Shown: one piece after another, positions 1 through 10,840 of the stretch
Layout of the letters: the number at the start of each line of letters is the position of its first letter
Numbering within the stretch: the first letter of the stretch is position 1
Assembly (NCBI GenBank): GCA_027451865.1
Contig: DAIDHW010000005.1
Location: 1 to 64,000 of the forward strand
From: Leptolyngbyaceae cyanobacterium clean351
GTDB lineage: Bacteria; Cyanobacteriota; Cyanobacteriia; DAIDHW01
Direction: 5' to 3'
Length of the DNA: 64,000 nucleotides
Translations under genes and position numbers: made by a program
Notes under the pieces: generated by a model
Database searches by the model: none
What the model was told of the DNA's origin: nothing
What the model saw: only the letters and a program-made list of their open reading frames with translations

Positions 1-38
<38 letters not shown>

Positions 39-179
39 TTGGTGGAGCGTTTAGGCTCGTTTGTTTTTCCTCTTGAGAGGGGTTTAGGCTCTCTCGAGGC
101 TTGTTATTTGTTTAACAAGGGGTTTATTCTGGCTTTCAAACCTATTTATTTTTCCAGGTGCGGTGCGGCTTGGGGCTAG

Positions 180-1091
180 GTGCTTTCGACCGCTTTACTA
201 ATCTACCCACTTCTCCCTCTCTTGTCAACCCCCTCTCCGCATTTCTTTTCTCTTCCCCCTTGGCTGCTCCTCGACCCCCTGCTCCTGGCTTGGCTGCACG
301 AGGACCTCGGCCGTGGGGATGCTACTTCTGTGGCCTTCTCCGCCCTGCCCGCCCGCGCCCTCTGGCGGACCAAAGCCCCGGGGGTCCTTGCGGGGTTGCC
401 CGCGGGGGCTAGGGTGTTTCAGCTCCTGGAGCCAGAGGTGAACTTCACAGCCCTGATGGCTGAGGGAGAGACCTGTAGCCCGGGACAGGAGATCGCCCAC
501 CTGGAGGGCACCCTAGGAACACTACTGATGGGCGAGCGGGTAGCTCTGAATCTGGTGATGCGCCTCAGTGGGGTAGCCACCCTGACCCGAGCCTACGCCG
601 AGGCAATTGGCGACTTGCCCGCCCGCCTAGTGGACACACGCAAAACCACCCCTGGCCTGAGGGTGCTAGAAAAGTACGCTAGCCGGGTCGGGGGGGCCCT
701 GAACCATCGCTTGGGCCTGGATGACGCGGTGATGATTAAAGACAACCACATCGCCGCTGCTGGTAGTATCACCGCTGCCATAGCCCAGGTGCGCCGCCAG
801 ATGCCCTACCCCCTGACCCTAGAGGTGGAGACGGAGAATCTCAGCCAGGTAGCCGAAGCCCTGGATCAGGGAGCGGATATCATCATGCTCGATAACATGC
901 CCCTGGAGACCATGACCCAGGCCGTGGAGTTGATCCGCCGCACCACTGGCCACCCTAAGATTGAAGCTTCAGGTAATATTACCCTGAGCACGATCCGGGC
1001 TGTGGCCCAAACTGGTGTGGACTACATCTCCACTAGCGCCCCAATTACCCAGGCCCCCTGGCTAGACCTGAGTATGCGCGTTCTGACCTAG
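180..1091 (+). CDS. nadC: Nicotinate-nucleotide pyrophosphorylase (quinolinate phosphoribosyltransferase). The true start is probably downstream of 180 (e.g. TTG near 223), because 39..250 should hold the divergent rRNA leader and promoter.
   Basis: Contains the NadC-type N-terminus LLDPLLLAWLHEDLGRGDATS and conserved NadC blocks (MIKDNH, IIMLDNM, IEASGNITL). Confidence 0.85.
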   Translation: MLSTALLIYPLLPLLSTPSPHFFSLPPWLLLDPLLLAWLHEDLGRGDATSVAFSALPARALWRTKAPGVLAGLPAGARVFQLLEPEVNFTALMAEGETCSPGQEIAHLEGTLGTLLMGERVALNLVMRLSGVATLTRAYAEAIGDLPARLVDTRKTTPGLRVLEKYASRVGGALNHRLGLDDAVMIKDNHIAAAGSITAAIAQVRRQMPYPLTLEVETENLSQVAEALDQGADIIMLDNMPLETMTQAVELIRRTTGHPKIEASGNITLSTIRAVAQTGVDYISTSAPITQAPWLDLSMRVLT

Positions 1092-1098
1092 CGTCCCC

Positions 1099-1809
1099 CT
1101 AAAACTGCCGCACGACGGGCTCCCCACCTTGAATTTCCCCCACTAGCACCACATCCGCTAGGGCTACGAATATGCCGTTTTCCAAGACCCCAGGGATGTT
1201 ATTGAGGGTCTGCTCGAGGCCGGCGGGGTCATCGATCTGGGGAAACTTGACGTCAAGGACAAAGTTACCCTGGTCGGTGATTACCGGCCCGTCTTTTTTC
1301 ACCCCCATGCGTAGCTCAGGAGTTCCCCCGAGCCTTTCCACGGCTCTGGTCACCGGGGCGAGGGCCATGGGGAGGATTTCCAGGGGCACTGGAAAACTGC
1401 TCCCCAAGTGCTGCACCAGCTTAGAGCTGTCCACGACAATAATCAGCTGGTCGGCTAAGGAGTCTACAACCTTCTCGCGAGTGTGGGCTGCACCCCCCCC
1501 CTTGATCAGATTTTTGGCCGGGTCCACCTCGTCTGCCCCATCGATGGCTAGGTCCAACCGCTCCACATCATCAAGAGTGACCAGGGGAATCCCGTAGCGC
1601 TTGGCCAGGACCGAAGCCTGGAAGGAGGTAGGCACTCCCCGAATATCCCGCAGACCCCCGCCTTGGAGTCTTTGGCCTAGGTACTCAATGGCCAGCACTG
1701 TTGTCGAACCAGTACCCAAACCCACCACCGTCCCCGAGGTCACCCGGTCGGCTGCTGCCTTAGCGACAGCCTGCTTCATCACCTTCACTTGGTCTGGATT
1801 CGGAGCCAT
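1099..1809 (-). CDS. rpiA: Ribose-5-phosphate isomerase A
   Basis: N-terminus [26 protein letters not shown] and DGADEVD motif. Length 236 aa. Confidence 0.85.
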   Translation of the reverse strand: MAPNPDQVKVMKQAVAKAAADRVTSGTVVGLGTGSTTVLAIEYLGQRLQGGGLRDIRGVPTSFQASVLAKRYGIPLVTLDDVERLDLAIDGADEVDPAKNLIKGGGAAHTREKVVDSLADQLIIVVDSSKLVQHLGSSFPVPLEILPMALAPVTRAVERLGGTPELRMGVKKDGPVITDQGNFVLDVKFPQIDDPAGLEQTLNNIPGVLENGIFVALADVVLVGEIQGGEPVVRQF

Positions 1810-1877
1810 AGTTTTTCCTTACACCTCAAAGGGCGCCCCGGGATCATTTACCGAGTAACCCGTCAACCCCAAAAATT

Positions 1878-3200
1878 TTAGATCTTATCCTGCAGCAATT
1901 GACGACTACTGTGCCAGGCCCAGGCGCCCCCGAGGAAAACCAAACCACTCATGGTTATTAATACCCACCGCAACCCCAGCCAGTCGGTTAGGGGCCCTGC
2001 CACTGCCAAGGGCAAACTTAGAGCAATATTGACTACATTGTTCTGGAAGCCAAACACCTTACCGCGCACATTTTCTGGGGTCTGCTGTTGAATCAAGGTC
2101 TGCATGGGCAGTCCCACTAGAGAGGCACTCACCCCCAATAGTAGGCACAGGCTCAAGGCTATGGCCAAGTAAATAGGAAACCCTGGCGTGCCGCGATGGT
2201 GGTGCTCTGGCAGGAGGCTAAAAATACCGAGGACGACGGCCATACCGGAAAACCCGATCAGGGGCAGGGGTTTGTGGTGAAAGTGATGCCCCCAGTGACC
2301 GAGCAAGGCCGCCCCCAGGACCATACCTAAACCGGCAGTAGCGAGGAGGAATCCGAACTGCCGCCCCTCCAGATGGACTGCCTGGGCTAAGTTAACCGCC
2401 AACACTGTTAGGGCCGCAAATACCGAGTAGAGGATCGTTAACTGGACCATGGCACTGCGCACTAACTGGTCTTGCTTCAGGTAATCCAGACCAGTACCCA
2501 GATCCTGCCATAGGCGTTGTCCCCAGGAGTCTAGGGTCAGGCGGCGGACCGCCAGAGGCTCTTGCTTGGGCATCCAGCTGAGAAATACAGCTGCCCCCAG
2601 GTACAGAGCACCGACACTAAGTTCCCGGCCGAAGATGCCCAGACTTTGGGCTGCACTCAGGAGCGGCTCCCCCACCGCAAAGCCAACAATTAGGGAACCC
2701 ATAATAGTGGTGGTAAAGAGGGCATTAGCAGCTAGGAGCTGGTCTCTGGGGACTAGCAGTGGAATAGCCGCCTGTTCCGCAGGGGCGAAAAACTGGGTCA
2801 GCAAGGACTCAACAAAGCCGATCACCAACAAAATTACAAAGGTCTTGGGCAGGAGGGGGATAGCCAGGATAATCACCCCCCGCAGCAGGTTGCAGCGAAT
2901 TAGGACTGAGCGTTTGCGCCAGCGGTCAATAAACATTCCAGCGGCCAAGCCAAACAGGACGGCCGGCAGGGTAATGGCAATCATCAACACTGAGCGTAGG
3001 GAGTTTTCCAGGCCCGGGATGGGTCGATACTCCTGCAGCAGCGCAATTAGAAAGATGAAAAAGACCTTGTCAGCAATCTGGGAGAGGACTTGCCCACTCC
3101 ACAGGTAGAGGAAAGGACGATTTTCCAACAGTTTTATCAACCCGCGATCGGGGTTAAGGACCATAAAATCAGGCGGGGGGGGGATAGGTGGGGAGGTCAT
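1878..3200 (-). CDS. MFS family transporter
   Basis: 440 aa polytopic hydrophobic protein with MFS-like loop motifs (DRWRKRSVL). Confidence 0.6.
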   Translation of the reverse strand: MTSPPIPPPPDFMVLNPDRGLIKLLENRPFLYLWSGQVLSQIADKVFFIFLIALLQEYRPIPGLENSLRSVLMIAITLPAVLFGLAAGMFIDRWRKRSVLIRCNLLRGVIILAIPLLPKTFVILLVIGFVESLLTQFFAPAEQAAIPLLVPRDQLLAANALFTTTIMGSLIVGFAVGEPLLSAAQSLGIFGRELSVGALYLGAAVFLSWMPKQEPLAVRRLTLDSWGQRLWQDLGTGLDYLKQDQLVRSAMVQLTILYSVFAALTVLAVNLAQAVHLEGRQFGFLLATAGLGMVLGAALLGHWGHHFHHKPLPLIGFSGMAVVLGIFSLLPEHHHRGTPGFPIYLAIALSLCLLLGVSASLVGLPMQTLIQQQTPENVRGKVFGFQNNVVNIALSLPLAVAGPLTDWLGLRWVLITMSGLVFLGGAWAWHSSRQLLQDKI

Positions 3201-3714
3201 AGAGGGTCAGCCAATGAGCCAGGACCGTAGCAGCAGTGACCAACTGCGAGCCTTGCTCCCGTTTCCACCAACCCCAGGTCTGCTGGGGAGAGTGCCACAG
3301 GAACAGGTGAGGCACTGGTGGATCGGCATAAAAGTCCTCCCGCCCCGGCCCTAGCAAGGCTGAACTCCAATCAGTGAACCAATCATGACTGAGGCGATGG
3401 ACGGGGAAATCTTCCCCTAAGGCTACTCCCCAGCCATCTAAGGCCACCAGAGCTGATACCTTACCCCCTTGACCCTGCCAGAGCCGGGCCGCTCCGAGGG
3501 CCCCCACCACCCCGGCACTGAAGGCCAGCACCAGGACTGGAGCGGCACTAGGGGAATGGTGCTGGCTGAGAAACTCCACCACGTGGCTGGGGGAGTAGAT
3601 AGGTACCTGAGGATAAGGCACGATCAGAACTGTCCTTCCCGGAGCCCTAAGGGACGACCAGAAAGCCGCTGTTAATCCTGGGTCGTGGACACCAGGACAA
3701 ATCAAAACTACCAC
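3169..3714 (-). CDS. Hypothetical protein, possibly alpha/beta-hydrolase-like
   Basis: 181 aa ORF with coding-like high GC3. Contains an AFSAG motif loosely resembling a nucleophile elbow. It overlaps the MFS gene start by 32 bp across a 9-G homopolymer. Confidence 0.4.
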   Translation of the reverse strand: MVVLICPGVHDPGLTAAFWSSLRAPGRTVLIVPYPQVPIYSPSHVVEFLSQHHSPSAAPVLVLAFSAGVVGALGAARLWQGQGGKVSALVALDGWGVALGEDFPVHRLSHDWFTDWSSALLGPGREDFYADPPVPHLFLWHSPQQTWGWWKREQGSQLVTAATVLAHWLTLYDLPTYPPPA

Positions 3715-3721
3715 AGGCCCA

Positions 3722-4474
3722 CTACCAGAACCACAGAAACTCCCGTTCTGACCACAGCATCCAGAGGCCGCTGAGGGCCATCATCCCCAGAACTAACCGG
3801 CGGAACTGCTGGGGATTGATCCGCGCCAGGATCCACTTACCTAGGAGGTTGGCCGGGACCGCCATCACCCCAACCGCAAGACCAGCCCAGAATTCCTCGC
3901 CGGAAATCGCCCCAAAGCCGGCGTAGGTGAGGATCTTGACGCAGTGGATAATCACCATGTGCACAGCCTTAGTGGCAATCAGCTGCTCCTTGACTAGGCC
4001 GTAGTTAAGGTAGAAGGGATTAAGGACTGGTCCAGTAGTGCCGATCAGACCGGAAACAAAGGCCTTACAAAAACCCGCCGGCAGGATATGCCAAGCCTTA
4101 ACCTGAAAGGAGCCAGGTTTAGGTTCTAGACCACAGGCAAGCAAACTAAAGACCAGAAATAAGCCCAACAGCAGCTCAAGCCAATCCAGATGGATCTGGG
4201 TAAAGGCGAAAGCTCCTAAAACGGCGCCAACAATAGCTCCGGGAGCATACCAGGCAGTTAGATACCAGTCCACCTGGCGCCAAAATAGCCAGGTACGGTG
4301 GCCATTGCCCACTAGCATACCAACGGTGATCACTGGCGGTACTGCGGCCACCCCCCAGACCAGATTGATCAAGGGAATGAGCACGAAAGGACTACCACCC
4401 CCGGCAAGGGCGCTCAGGGTCCAAGCAATAAAACTGACAAGTGCAACTCCAAGGATCTGGATTAACTGGTCCAT
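3722..4474 (-). CDS. TauE/SafE family sulfite-exporter-like membrane protein
   Basis: 250 aa, two-fold repeated hydrophobic architecture typical of TauE/SafE (DUF81) permeases. Confidence 0.6.
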   Translation of the reverse strand: MDQLIQILGVALVSFIAWTLSALAGGGSPFVLIPLINLVWGVAAVPPVITVGMLVGNGHRTWLFWRQVDWYLTAWYAPGAIVGAVLGAFAFTQIHLDWLELLLGLFLVFSLLACGLEPKPGSFQVKAWHILPAGFCKAFVSGLIGTTGPVLNPFYLNYGLVKEQLIATKAVHMVIIHCVKILTYAGFGAISGEEFWAGLAVGVMAVPANLLGKWILARINPQQFRRLVLGMMALSGLWMLWSEREFLWFW

Positions 4475-4477
4475 AAG

Positions 4478-6289
4478 TTAAGGAGTACGACTAGCATCGC
4501 CAGGTATTTTCGGCCGGTGAGTTGAGGTAACCTGCAGCTCCCGTAGCTGTTTCGGGTCAACACCGGCGGGGGCTTCCGTCAGAAGACAACGAGCCTGCTG
4601 AGTCTTGGGGAAAGCAATTACATCCCGAATCGATTCTTCCCCGGCTAAAAGCATTACCAGGCGGTCCAAGCCGTAGGCAATGCCCCCGTGGGGGGGGCTG
4701 CCGTACTCGAAGGCCTCCAGCAGAAAGCCAAATTTATCCCGGGCTGTCTCCTCAGAAATGCCAATGGTGTCGAACACCCGCCGCTGAAGCTCCGGCTGAT
4801 AAATGCGCAAACTCCCGCCGCCAATTTCCAAGCCATTGTAGACCAGGTCGTAAGCTTGGGCCCGAGCACTTTTCAAGTCGTGCACATCTTCGGGGTAGGG
4901 AGCGGTAAAGGGGTGATGGAGGCTTTCAAGACGCTGCTCGCCGTCGTTCCACTCGAACATAGGAAAATCTGTCACCCACAGCAGATTAATCAAGTCCGGG
5001 TCAATGAGGCCCAACTCCCGGGCTATGTACTGGCGCAGGCGGTCAAGGGTCTTGTGTACCTGGGGGGCTGGCCCAGCGGCAAACAACAGTAGATCCCCAG
5101 GTTCCGCCCCGGTTTGGGTCAGTAGTTGTCGTTTTTGCTCAGGAGTGAGGTTATCCCGCAAAGCCCCAATGGTGTCAATTTCTCCGCCTGCACGCACCCG
5201 CAGGTAGGCTAGGCCCTTTGCCCCCGCCTCTTGGGCCACCTTGAACAGGTCTCCCCCGGGCTTAATCCGCACGTTGGAGAGGGTCTCGTTGCCCCCCGGC
5301 ACCGGCAGCACCTTAACTAAGCCCCCCTGGGCAATGGCCTCGGTAAACACCTTGAAACCGCAGCCCACCAGCAGTCCTGACACATCCACCAGTTCTAGGC
5401 CGTAGCGAGTGTCGGGTTTGTCACTGCCGTAGCGGTCCATGGCCTGGGCGTAGGTGAGGCGCTTAAAGGGCCGGGGCAGGTCAATCCCCTTAATTTCCTT
5501 AAACAGATGAACGATCAACCCCTCGTTAAGGTCCATCACCTCCTCTTGGGTCAGGAAGCTCATTTCCAGGTCTAGCTGGGTAAACTCCGGCTGCCGGTCA
5601 GCCCTAAGGTCCTCATCACGAAAACAGCGGGCCACTTGGTAGTAGCGCTCATAACCTGCCACCATCAGCAGCTGCTTAAATAGCTGGGGAGACTGGGGCA
5701 AGGCAAACCACTCCCCGGGGTTAACCCGGGAGGGCACCAGGTAGTCCCGGGCTCCTTCGGGGGTCGAACGGGTCAGGATAGGAGTTTCCACCTCTAGAAA
5801 GCCTTCCACATCTTCTAGGTAGCGCCGTAGGGTCTTGACTACCCGGTGGCGCAGCTGGAGGTTGTGGCTCATGCGGGCCGCTCGCAGATCCAGATAACGG
5901 TACTTCAGGCGCAGCTCTTCGCGCACTGTCTCGGCTTCATGGACCGAAACCCCAAAGGGCAGGGGTCGCCCTAGGCCATTGAGCAGCTCTAGGGAATCAG
6001 CATAGACCTCAATCTCCCCACTCGCTAGGCGGGGGTTCAGGGAGTCCGGGGGGCGTTGAGTAACCCGCCCCTGGACTTTGACTACTGACTCATGGCGCAA
6101 CTCAGCCGCCTGGGTGTAGGAGGCGGGGGTACGCTGGGGGTCACTGACTACCTGCACAATTCCCGAGCGGTCCCGCAGGTCCAGAAACACTACCCCTCCG
6201 TGGTCCCGCCGGCGGTCGATCCAACCGTAGAGGGTGACAGTCTGGTCGGTGTGGTGGGAATTGAGGTGACTGCAGAAATGGGTGCGCAT
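4478..6289 (-). CDS. aspS: Aspartyl-tRNA synthetase
   Basis: N-terminus MRTHFCSHL...[27 protein letters not shown] matches bacterial AspS. Class II motifs [18 protein letters not shown] and GGSLRIY are present. 603 aa. Confidence 0.9.
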   Translation of the reverse strand: MRTHFCSHLNSHHTDQTVTLYGWIDRRRDHGGVVFLDLRDRSGIVQVVSDPQRTPASYTQAAELRHESVVKVQGRVTQRPPDSLNPRLASGEIEVYADSLELLNGLGRPLPFGVSVHEAETVREELRLKYRYLDLRAARMSHNLQLRHRVVKTLRRYLEDVEGFLEVETPILTRSTPEGARDYLVPSRVNPGEWFALPQSPQLFKQLLMVAGYERYYQVARCFRDEDLRADRQPEFTQLDLEMSFLTQEEVMDLNEGLIVHLFKEIKGIDLPRPFKRLTYAQAMDRYGSDKPDTRYGLELVDVSGLLVGCGFKVFTEAIAQGGLVKVLPVPGGNETLSNVRIKPGGDLFKVAQEAGAKGLAYLRVRAGGEIDTIGALRDNLTPEQKRQLLTQTGAEPGDLLLFAAGPAPQVHKTLDRLRQYIARELGLIDPDLINLLWVTDFPMFEWNDGEQRLESLHHPFTAPYPEDVHDLKSARAQAYDLVYNGLEIGGGSLRIYQPELQRRVFDTIGISEETARDKFGFLLEAFEYGSPPHGGIAYGLDRLVMLLAGEESIRDVIAFPKTQQARCLLTEAPAGVDPKQLRELQVTSTHRPKIPGDASRTP

Positions 6290-6403
6290 AGGGAGAAGTA
6301 CGGAAAAACCAGGGACCGGATCGCGATAAACGGAAGCCCTCGGCGGTCCGGGGCAGTAGTCAACCCTGTTATTCTACTCAATCCTCCGCCAGGCTAAGGG
6401 AAA

Positions 6404-8296
6404 TTAGGCTTCAGGGTGCTGATTTTGTTTCCAGAGCATGGTGCCTAAAAGACCCTCCACCAGGCCGCCGTTATTGCCACTGACGGACACATCCGGGACC
6501 ACCCGTACCCCTCGTTCACCAATGATTTCCATCAGTTGCAAAGCCGTATACTCCCGAGCCCCAAGGGCCAACACCCCTGCCCGGTAGGCGTCAGCGCGGG
6601 CATTACCCGTCAGGCGAATTGCCTCTGACTCCCCAGTCGCCGCTTGGATCTGGGCATCGGCCTTGAGTTGGGCAATTTTCACTCCCTGCTCAGCCTTGAC
6701 CATATCCTGTTGAATTTCTGCCAAGGCGGTCTCTCGGACTAGCTGTTGCCGCTGGGCTTGGGCCACCTCCTGTACCTCAAAGGTCTTACGTTGCTCCTCG
6801 GCAATTTTGCGGTCGGTCTGAGTTTCCATCAAGGCCGTAGGGGGGACAATTTCTCCAATTAAGGTATCGATGGCCTGGACGTCGTAGGCCCTCAGAGCAG
6901 CTCGAATATACTCAGCGGCCTCCACTTGTCGCTCATTGCGAGCGTAGAGGAAATCTAGAACTGTACAGGCCTGGGCAGAGTTACGGAAGCAATTACCGAC
7001 TGTGGGCTGGAGGACGTGGTCCACGAGGTTTTGCATCGACCCTACCCGAGAGATCACCTTGGAGGCATCCGGAGCAGCGATATGGATAATCTGGGCAACA
7101 TCAAGATCAAAGGCGAAGCCATCCCGGGAGCGCACATTGAGGGAAGCTAGCTTAGCGTCGTAGGAGTGCTGTTCTACGCGTCCCGACCAGTTGAGAACGA
7201 TATTGGTAGTGGGGACTAGCTCTACCTTCATTACGCGGGTGTTAATGGGGTGTTTGCCGGGGTAGAGGGGAGTATCCCAAACCCCCTTACAGCCAGGACG
7301 GACTAAATTGCTGTGGGCAAAGGCGGCCCCGCTCACATCCTCTGAGGAATTGCCCACAAAGGACACCACTACCCCCACGTAGCCGATGGGGATCTCGGTC
7401 ATGGGGACCTGCTCCACCTGGACAAACCAGGGATTAAGGTTCCAGGAGCCCGACAGAAGTACTTGCTCCTGTAGACCCCGCTGACCGTGGCTATCAATGA
7501 ATTTCTGGCCGTTCTGGAAGTTCTCGTGGCTGCTGACTACCGGACCGGCAATCTCTCCTGCCGGAATCGGCGTCCCGTCTAGGGTGGTGACAATCCCCAC
7601 CGTGTCCGTAGCAACCGTGTACAGCCGGAGTTTGTTGGCCGTCATGCCGTGTTTATCACCATTGGCCGTGGATATGACTGTAAACAGGGCCGTGTTAATC
7701 CGGTAGGTACCAGAGGTTAAAAAACCAATCTGCCGGCCCTTTTCACCCCCCCCAGCCAAAAATTTGCGGCCGTCTTGGAAATTATCACAGGGGATGGCCT
7801 TGCCGAGAATGCGCTCCGGGGGAATCGGCTTACCATCGTTGGCTACCACCAAGCCTATTTCCCCGGGGGGGATCACCACTACCGACTGCTTGCGGACATT
7901 GTACTGCCATAGCCAGTAGCCCCAATGCCAGCCGGGGGCCAGGGTGTCTACCTGATAACCCGCCTCTCCCTTAGTGGCTACTAGACTAGAGGGGGGCAAG
8001 GAGCGTACTGCCCATTTCTTAACCACAATCCCCACCTCCATCTCCCCGATGACTACTAAGCCAAACACCTGGGGAGCAAAGATAATTACCACCACCCCGG
8101 CCCCCAACCAAACCCAGGCCGGGGGAAACTTGTTGGCGGAGGCATCCCCATAACTTTGGGCTAACAGGGGAGTGGCTGGAGTGAGCTCATTTGTCTTAAC
8201 TGGAGCGGCCTGGGCGGGCAGGGCGAGGGCGGCGACGGTGGAGACTACACAGGCAAGGAGGCGGGCCTTAGCAGGCAGGGAAAAAAGCCGACGCAT
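6404..8296 (-). CDS. SPFH/Band-7 (flotillin-like) domain protein with signal peptide and internally duplicated N-terminal module
   Basis: N-terminal signal (MRRLFSLPAKARLLACVVSTVAALALPAQA) and TM segment. C-terminal Ala/Glu/Gln-rich coiled-coil region typical of flotillin-like proteins. There is an internal repeat (DNFQDGRKF / ENFQNGQKF). Confidence 0.6.
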   Translation of the reverse strand: MRRLFSLPAKARLLACVVSTVAALALPAQAAPVKTNELTPATPLLAQSYGDASANKFPPAWVWLGAGVVVIIFAPQVFGLVVIGEMEVGIVVKKWAVRSLPPSSLVATKGEAGYQVDTLAPGWHWGYWLWQYNVRKQSVVVIPPGEIGLVVANDGKPIPPERILGKAIPCDNFQDGRKFLAGGGEKGRQIGFLTSGTYRINTALFTVISTANGDKHGMTANKLRLYTVATDTVGIVTTLDGTPIPAGEIAGPVVSSHENFQNGQKFIDSHGQRGLQEQVLLSGSWNLNPWFVQVEQVPMTEIPIGYVGVVVSFVGNSSEDVSGAAFAHSNLVRPGCKGVWDTPLYPGKHPINTRVMKVELVPTTNIVLNWSGRVEQHSYDAKLASLNVRSRDGFAFDLDVAQIIHIAAPDASKVISRVGSMQNLVDHVLQPTVGNCFRNSAQACTVLDFLYARNERQVEAAEYIRAALRAYDVQAIDTLIGEIVPPTALMETQTDRKIAEEQRKTFEVQEVAQAQRQQLVRETALAEIQQDMVKAEQGVKIAQLKADAQIQAATGESEAIRLTGNARADAYRAGVLALGAREYTALQLMEIIGERGVRVVPDVSVSGNNGGLVEGLLGTMLWKQNQHPEA

Positions 8297-8337
8297 GAAA
8301 CTGCCCTCGATTGGCTAATCCCAATCTAGCATGAGGC

Positions 8338-10833
8338 CTAGTTGGCTAAACCAGCTACCTGGTCTAGGAGTGTCTGACGCCAGGGCTGTAGCCCCTGATC
8401 CAGAGCAGGCAAGTACTGGGGAGAAGGGAACAGATCGGGGTTGAGGAGGGTCATGGCCAGATTATCTAGCACCGGCAGCAGATCAACTGGGGGGGGGCCA
8501 TCCATGTGGCGGCTGACAATGGAGAATCCATCCCGGACGCGGAAGTACTGCTGGCTGGGGGCCTGGTGCAGCCACTGGTCAAAGGTGTCCGCCTTCTGCA
8601 TGCTGACAACTAGTCTGCCGAGAATTTCAGGAGGGGGAAACTCGTGCCGGACCTGAATCCAGGCTTGCTCCAGGTAGGCGGCCCGCCGGTCTAGGTGCAA
8701 CCAGGCAGACCCCACCAAGGCTGCCGTCCCCTGGGAGACCGGCAAAGTTCCCCCCTGAGCCAAGGTGTTTATGACTGCGGGGGCAGGATCGTCCTGCCAG
8801 CCTTGCCAGTCTGCTTGAGCAGCGGTCAAATCCCCCTGCCACCAAGCCAGTGCTCCCCGCCAGTGGTGCAGTTGGACTTGATAGGCGTCTGCTAGATGGG
8901 GGAGCTGGAGTTGTTGAGTATACCAAGCCCGCATTTTCCCCAGGAACTGTTGGTAAACTGCTAGCAGCTCCGGAGACCGCCAGAGAGGACTAGTCACCTG
9001 GGGGGGATCCCGCAGGGCCTCCAAGGCAAAAGCCTGGGCTGCCAAGTCCACTTTACCCTGGGCCAAAAGACTAAAACCTAATCCCAGAAAGACCCCCTGC
9101 TTTCCAGGTAACAGCCGGCAAGCCTGACCAAAAGCCCGGGTAGCCGCTGGCGGGTCGCTCTTGAGCAGCAGCCAACCCAGATTACTGTAGCCAAACTCTA
9201 GGTAAGGGGATACCTGGATTCCCCTTTGAAACCAAGCTATCCCCTGGGGAATCAGGTCCGGTGCCCCAAGTACCCCCAAGTGCCCCAAAGTGGCTCCTAG
9301 CTGCCAGGGGTAGTAGGGCTCCCAGGGAGCTAGCCGGGCAGATAGGGTCAGGTGGCTGATAAATCCCCCGAGCAGCCTTTGCTGGTGGGCAGGTTGTCGG
9401 ACTTGGGGGATTTCCTCTAGGGCCGTAAAACCCAAACTGGAGCTCTGCCAGGCCCGGTGGACAGGGACCAACCAGACAGTTGCCACCAGCAGCAGCCCCA
9501 AACAAACCCCTGTCCAGCCTCGCAGAGTACGCCCCCCCGGCTGGGCCTCGGCCCAGGAGATTAGCCAGGCTCCATAGATGATTATGGTGCCGGTAATGGG
9601 AATATTGTCGAGCTGAAAATCGGTCAAACCAGCTACCAGATACCCCATCAAACCCACCCCTAGGGCCCAGAGGTGGCAAGTCTCCGGGGCAGGCAGGGGT
9701 TGCCGGGCAAGCCACAGGAGTTGATAGGCGAGCCACCCAGCCCCCAGGACTAGGAGCGCCAGTCCTCCTAGCCCCAGTTCCGCCCAAATCTGAGCAGGAG
9801 TACTATGAAGCTGATAGGTCCATTCAGCTGCTTGTCCAGCCCAAAAGGGTCGGTAGTGCTGAAACCAAAGGGGTACCCCCCCCAAACCCACTCCCGTCCA
9901 GGGACGGTCGCTGCCCATGGCCCAACCGGTGACCCCGGTCACGAGGCGATAGGAAAGACCTGCCAGGCCATGACCACTGGCTAGGCGTTCGATCTGCAGA
10001 CGGAACCGGTCATTAAGGAGGATCACCCCCCCCAAGCCAGCCAGGACCAACCCCCCCAGAAGTAAACCCTGACGTCGGCTCCAGACCCGCCGCCCCCCTA
10101 GGACTATTAATCCCCCTAGCAGGGCAACCCCTAGCCCTGCCCATCCCCCCTGGGAGCTAGTGGTAAACAGATCCACTAGGCCTAATCCCAAACCCCCAGC
10201 CCAACCCCAGCGCTCTGGGCCACGCCGGGTTAGGGTCAAGCTCAGCAGGAGCGGTAAGACCAGCACCAGATAGCCAGCCACGTAGTTTTGATGACCAATT
10301 GGCGCCCAGTTACGGGAGTAGAGAGAGGAAAAATCAAAGGAGCCGTCTACGCCGTGGCGATGAAAAGCCTGCAACTGCTGTAAGCCAGGTAGGAGGGTCT
10401 CGACAGACCACAGACCTAAACTAAGACCAATGAAGGCAACTACTAGCCCTCCCTGCCCCCGGAGAAGCAGCTGGCGGCGGTGATGGAGGTCTCCGGCTCG
10501 CAGCCAGTCGTGCAGGGCGTAGAGGGCAACCACATACCCTAGGGCCGCCCAGGCGTACCAGCGAGCCGGCCCGGGAAATGGTGCTGTCAGAGTCGACACC
10601 CCCAGAACCACCAGGAAAAGACCCACTAGCCAATCCAAACCCCTCCCTAACCAGTAGGACTTGGGCAACGCCACCCACCAGAGGATAGGGGTCACAAGCC
10701 CCACCTGCCAGAAGAGCACCCAGGGCCAAGTGACCATCATGGTATTGCTATTCGGCATTAGGGTGAACAGGACGTAGAATCCAGCTACCAGCCAGCCTAG
10801 GGGCTGACCACGGGTGGGCGAATTGCTGCTCAT
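8338..10833 (-). CDS. Large polytopic membrane protein, O-antigen-ligase (Wzy_C)-like with C-terminal TPR-like region
   Basis: 831 aa. The N-terminal two-thirds are Trp/Leu/Gly-rich multi-TM, resembling O-antigen ligase family proteins. The C-terminal third is soluble and helical-repeat-like. Confidence 0.45.
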   Translation of the reverse strand: MSSNSPTRGQPLGWLVAGFYVLFTLMPNSNTMMVTWPWVLFWQVGLVTPILWWVALPKSYWLGRGLDWLVGLFLVVLGVSTLTAPFPGPARWYAWAALGYVVALYALHDWLRAGDLHHRRQLLLRGQGGLVVAFIGLSLGLWSVETLLPGLQQLQAFHRHGVDGSFDFSSLYSRNWAPIGHQNYVAGYLVLVLPLLLSLTLTRRGPERWGWAGGLGLGLVDLFTTSSQGGWAGLGVALLGGLIVLGGRRVWSRRQGLLLGGLVLAGLGGVILLNDRFRLQIERLASGHGLAGLSYRLVTGVTGWAMGSDRPWTGVGLGGVPLWFQHYRPFWAGQAAEWTYQLHSTPAQIWAELGLGGLALLVLGAGWLAYQLLWLARQPLPAPETCHLWALGVGLMGYLVAGLTDFQLDNIPITGTIIIYGAWLISWAEAQPGGRTLRGWTGVCLGLLLVATVWLVPVHRAWQSSSLGFTALEEIPQVRQPAHQQRLLGGFISHLTLSARLAPWEPYYPWQLGATLGHLGVLGAPDLIPQGIAWFQRGIQVSPYLEFGYSNLGWLLLKSDPPAATRAFGQACRLLPGKQGVFLGLGFSLLAQGKVDLAAQAFALEALRDPPQVTSPLWRSPELLAVYQQFLGKMRAWYTQQLQLPHLADAYQVQLHHWRGALAWWQGDLTAAQADWQGWQDDPAPAVINTLAQGGTLPVSQGTAALVGSAWLHLDRRAAYLEQAWIQVRHEFPPPEILGRLVVSMQKADTFDQWLHQAPSQQYFRVRDGFSIVSRHMDGPPPVDLLPVLDNLAMTLLNPDLFPSPQYLPALDQGLQPWRQTLLDQVAGLAN

Positions 10834-10840
10834 GGGCTAG

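Noticed and set aside
225-500. Numerous 60-160-aa ORFs lying antisense to or overlapping well-supported genes (e.g. 225..500-, 1172..1597+, 9182..9787-, 17379..17759-, 38095..38388-, 39718..40191-, 42853..43317+, 46756..47136-, 49403..49882+)
   Set aside because: Shadow ORFs are expected in roughly 60% GC DNA. Their translations are Pro/Arg/Gly/Ser-rich and low-complexity, they have no RBS, and each overlaps a gene with clear family motifs on the other frame or strand.
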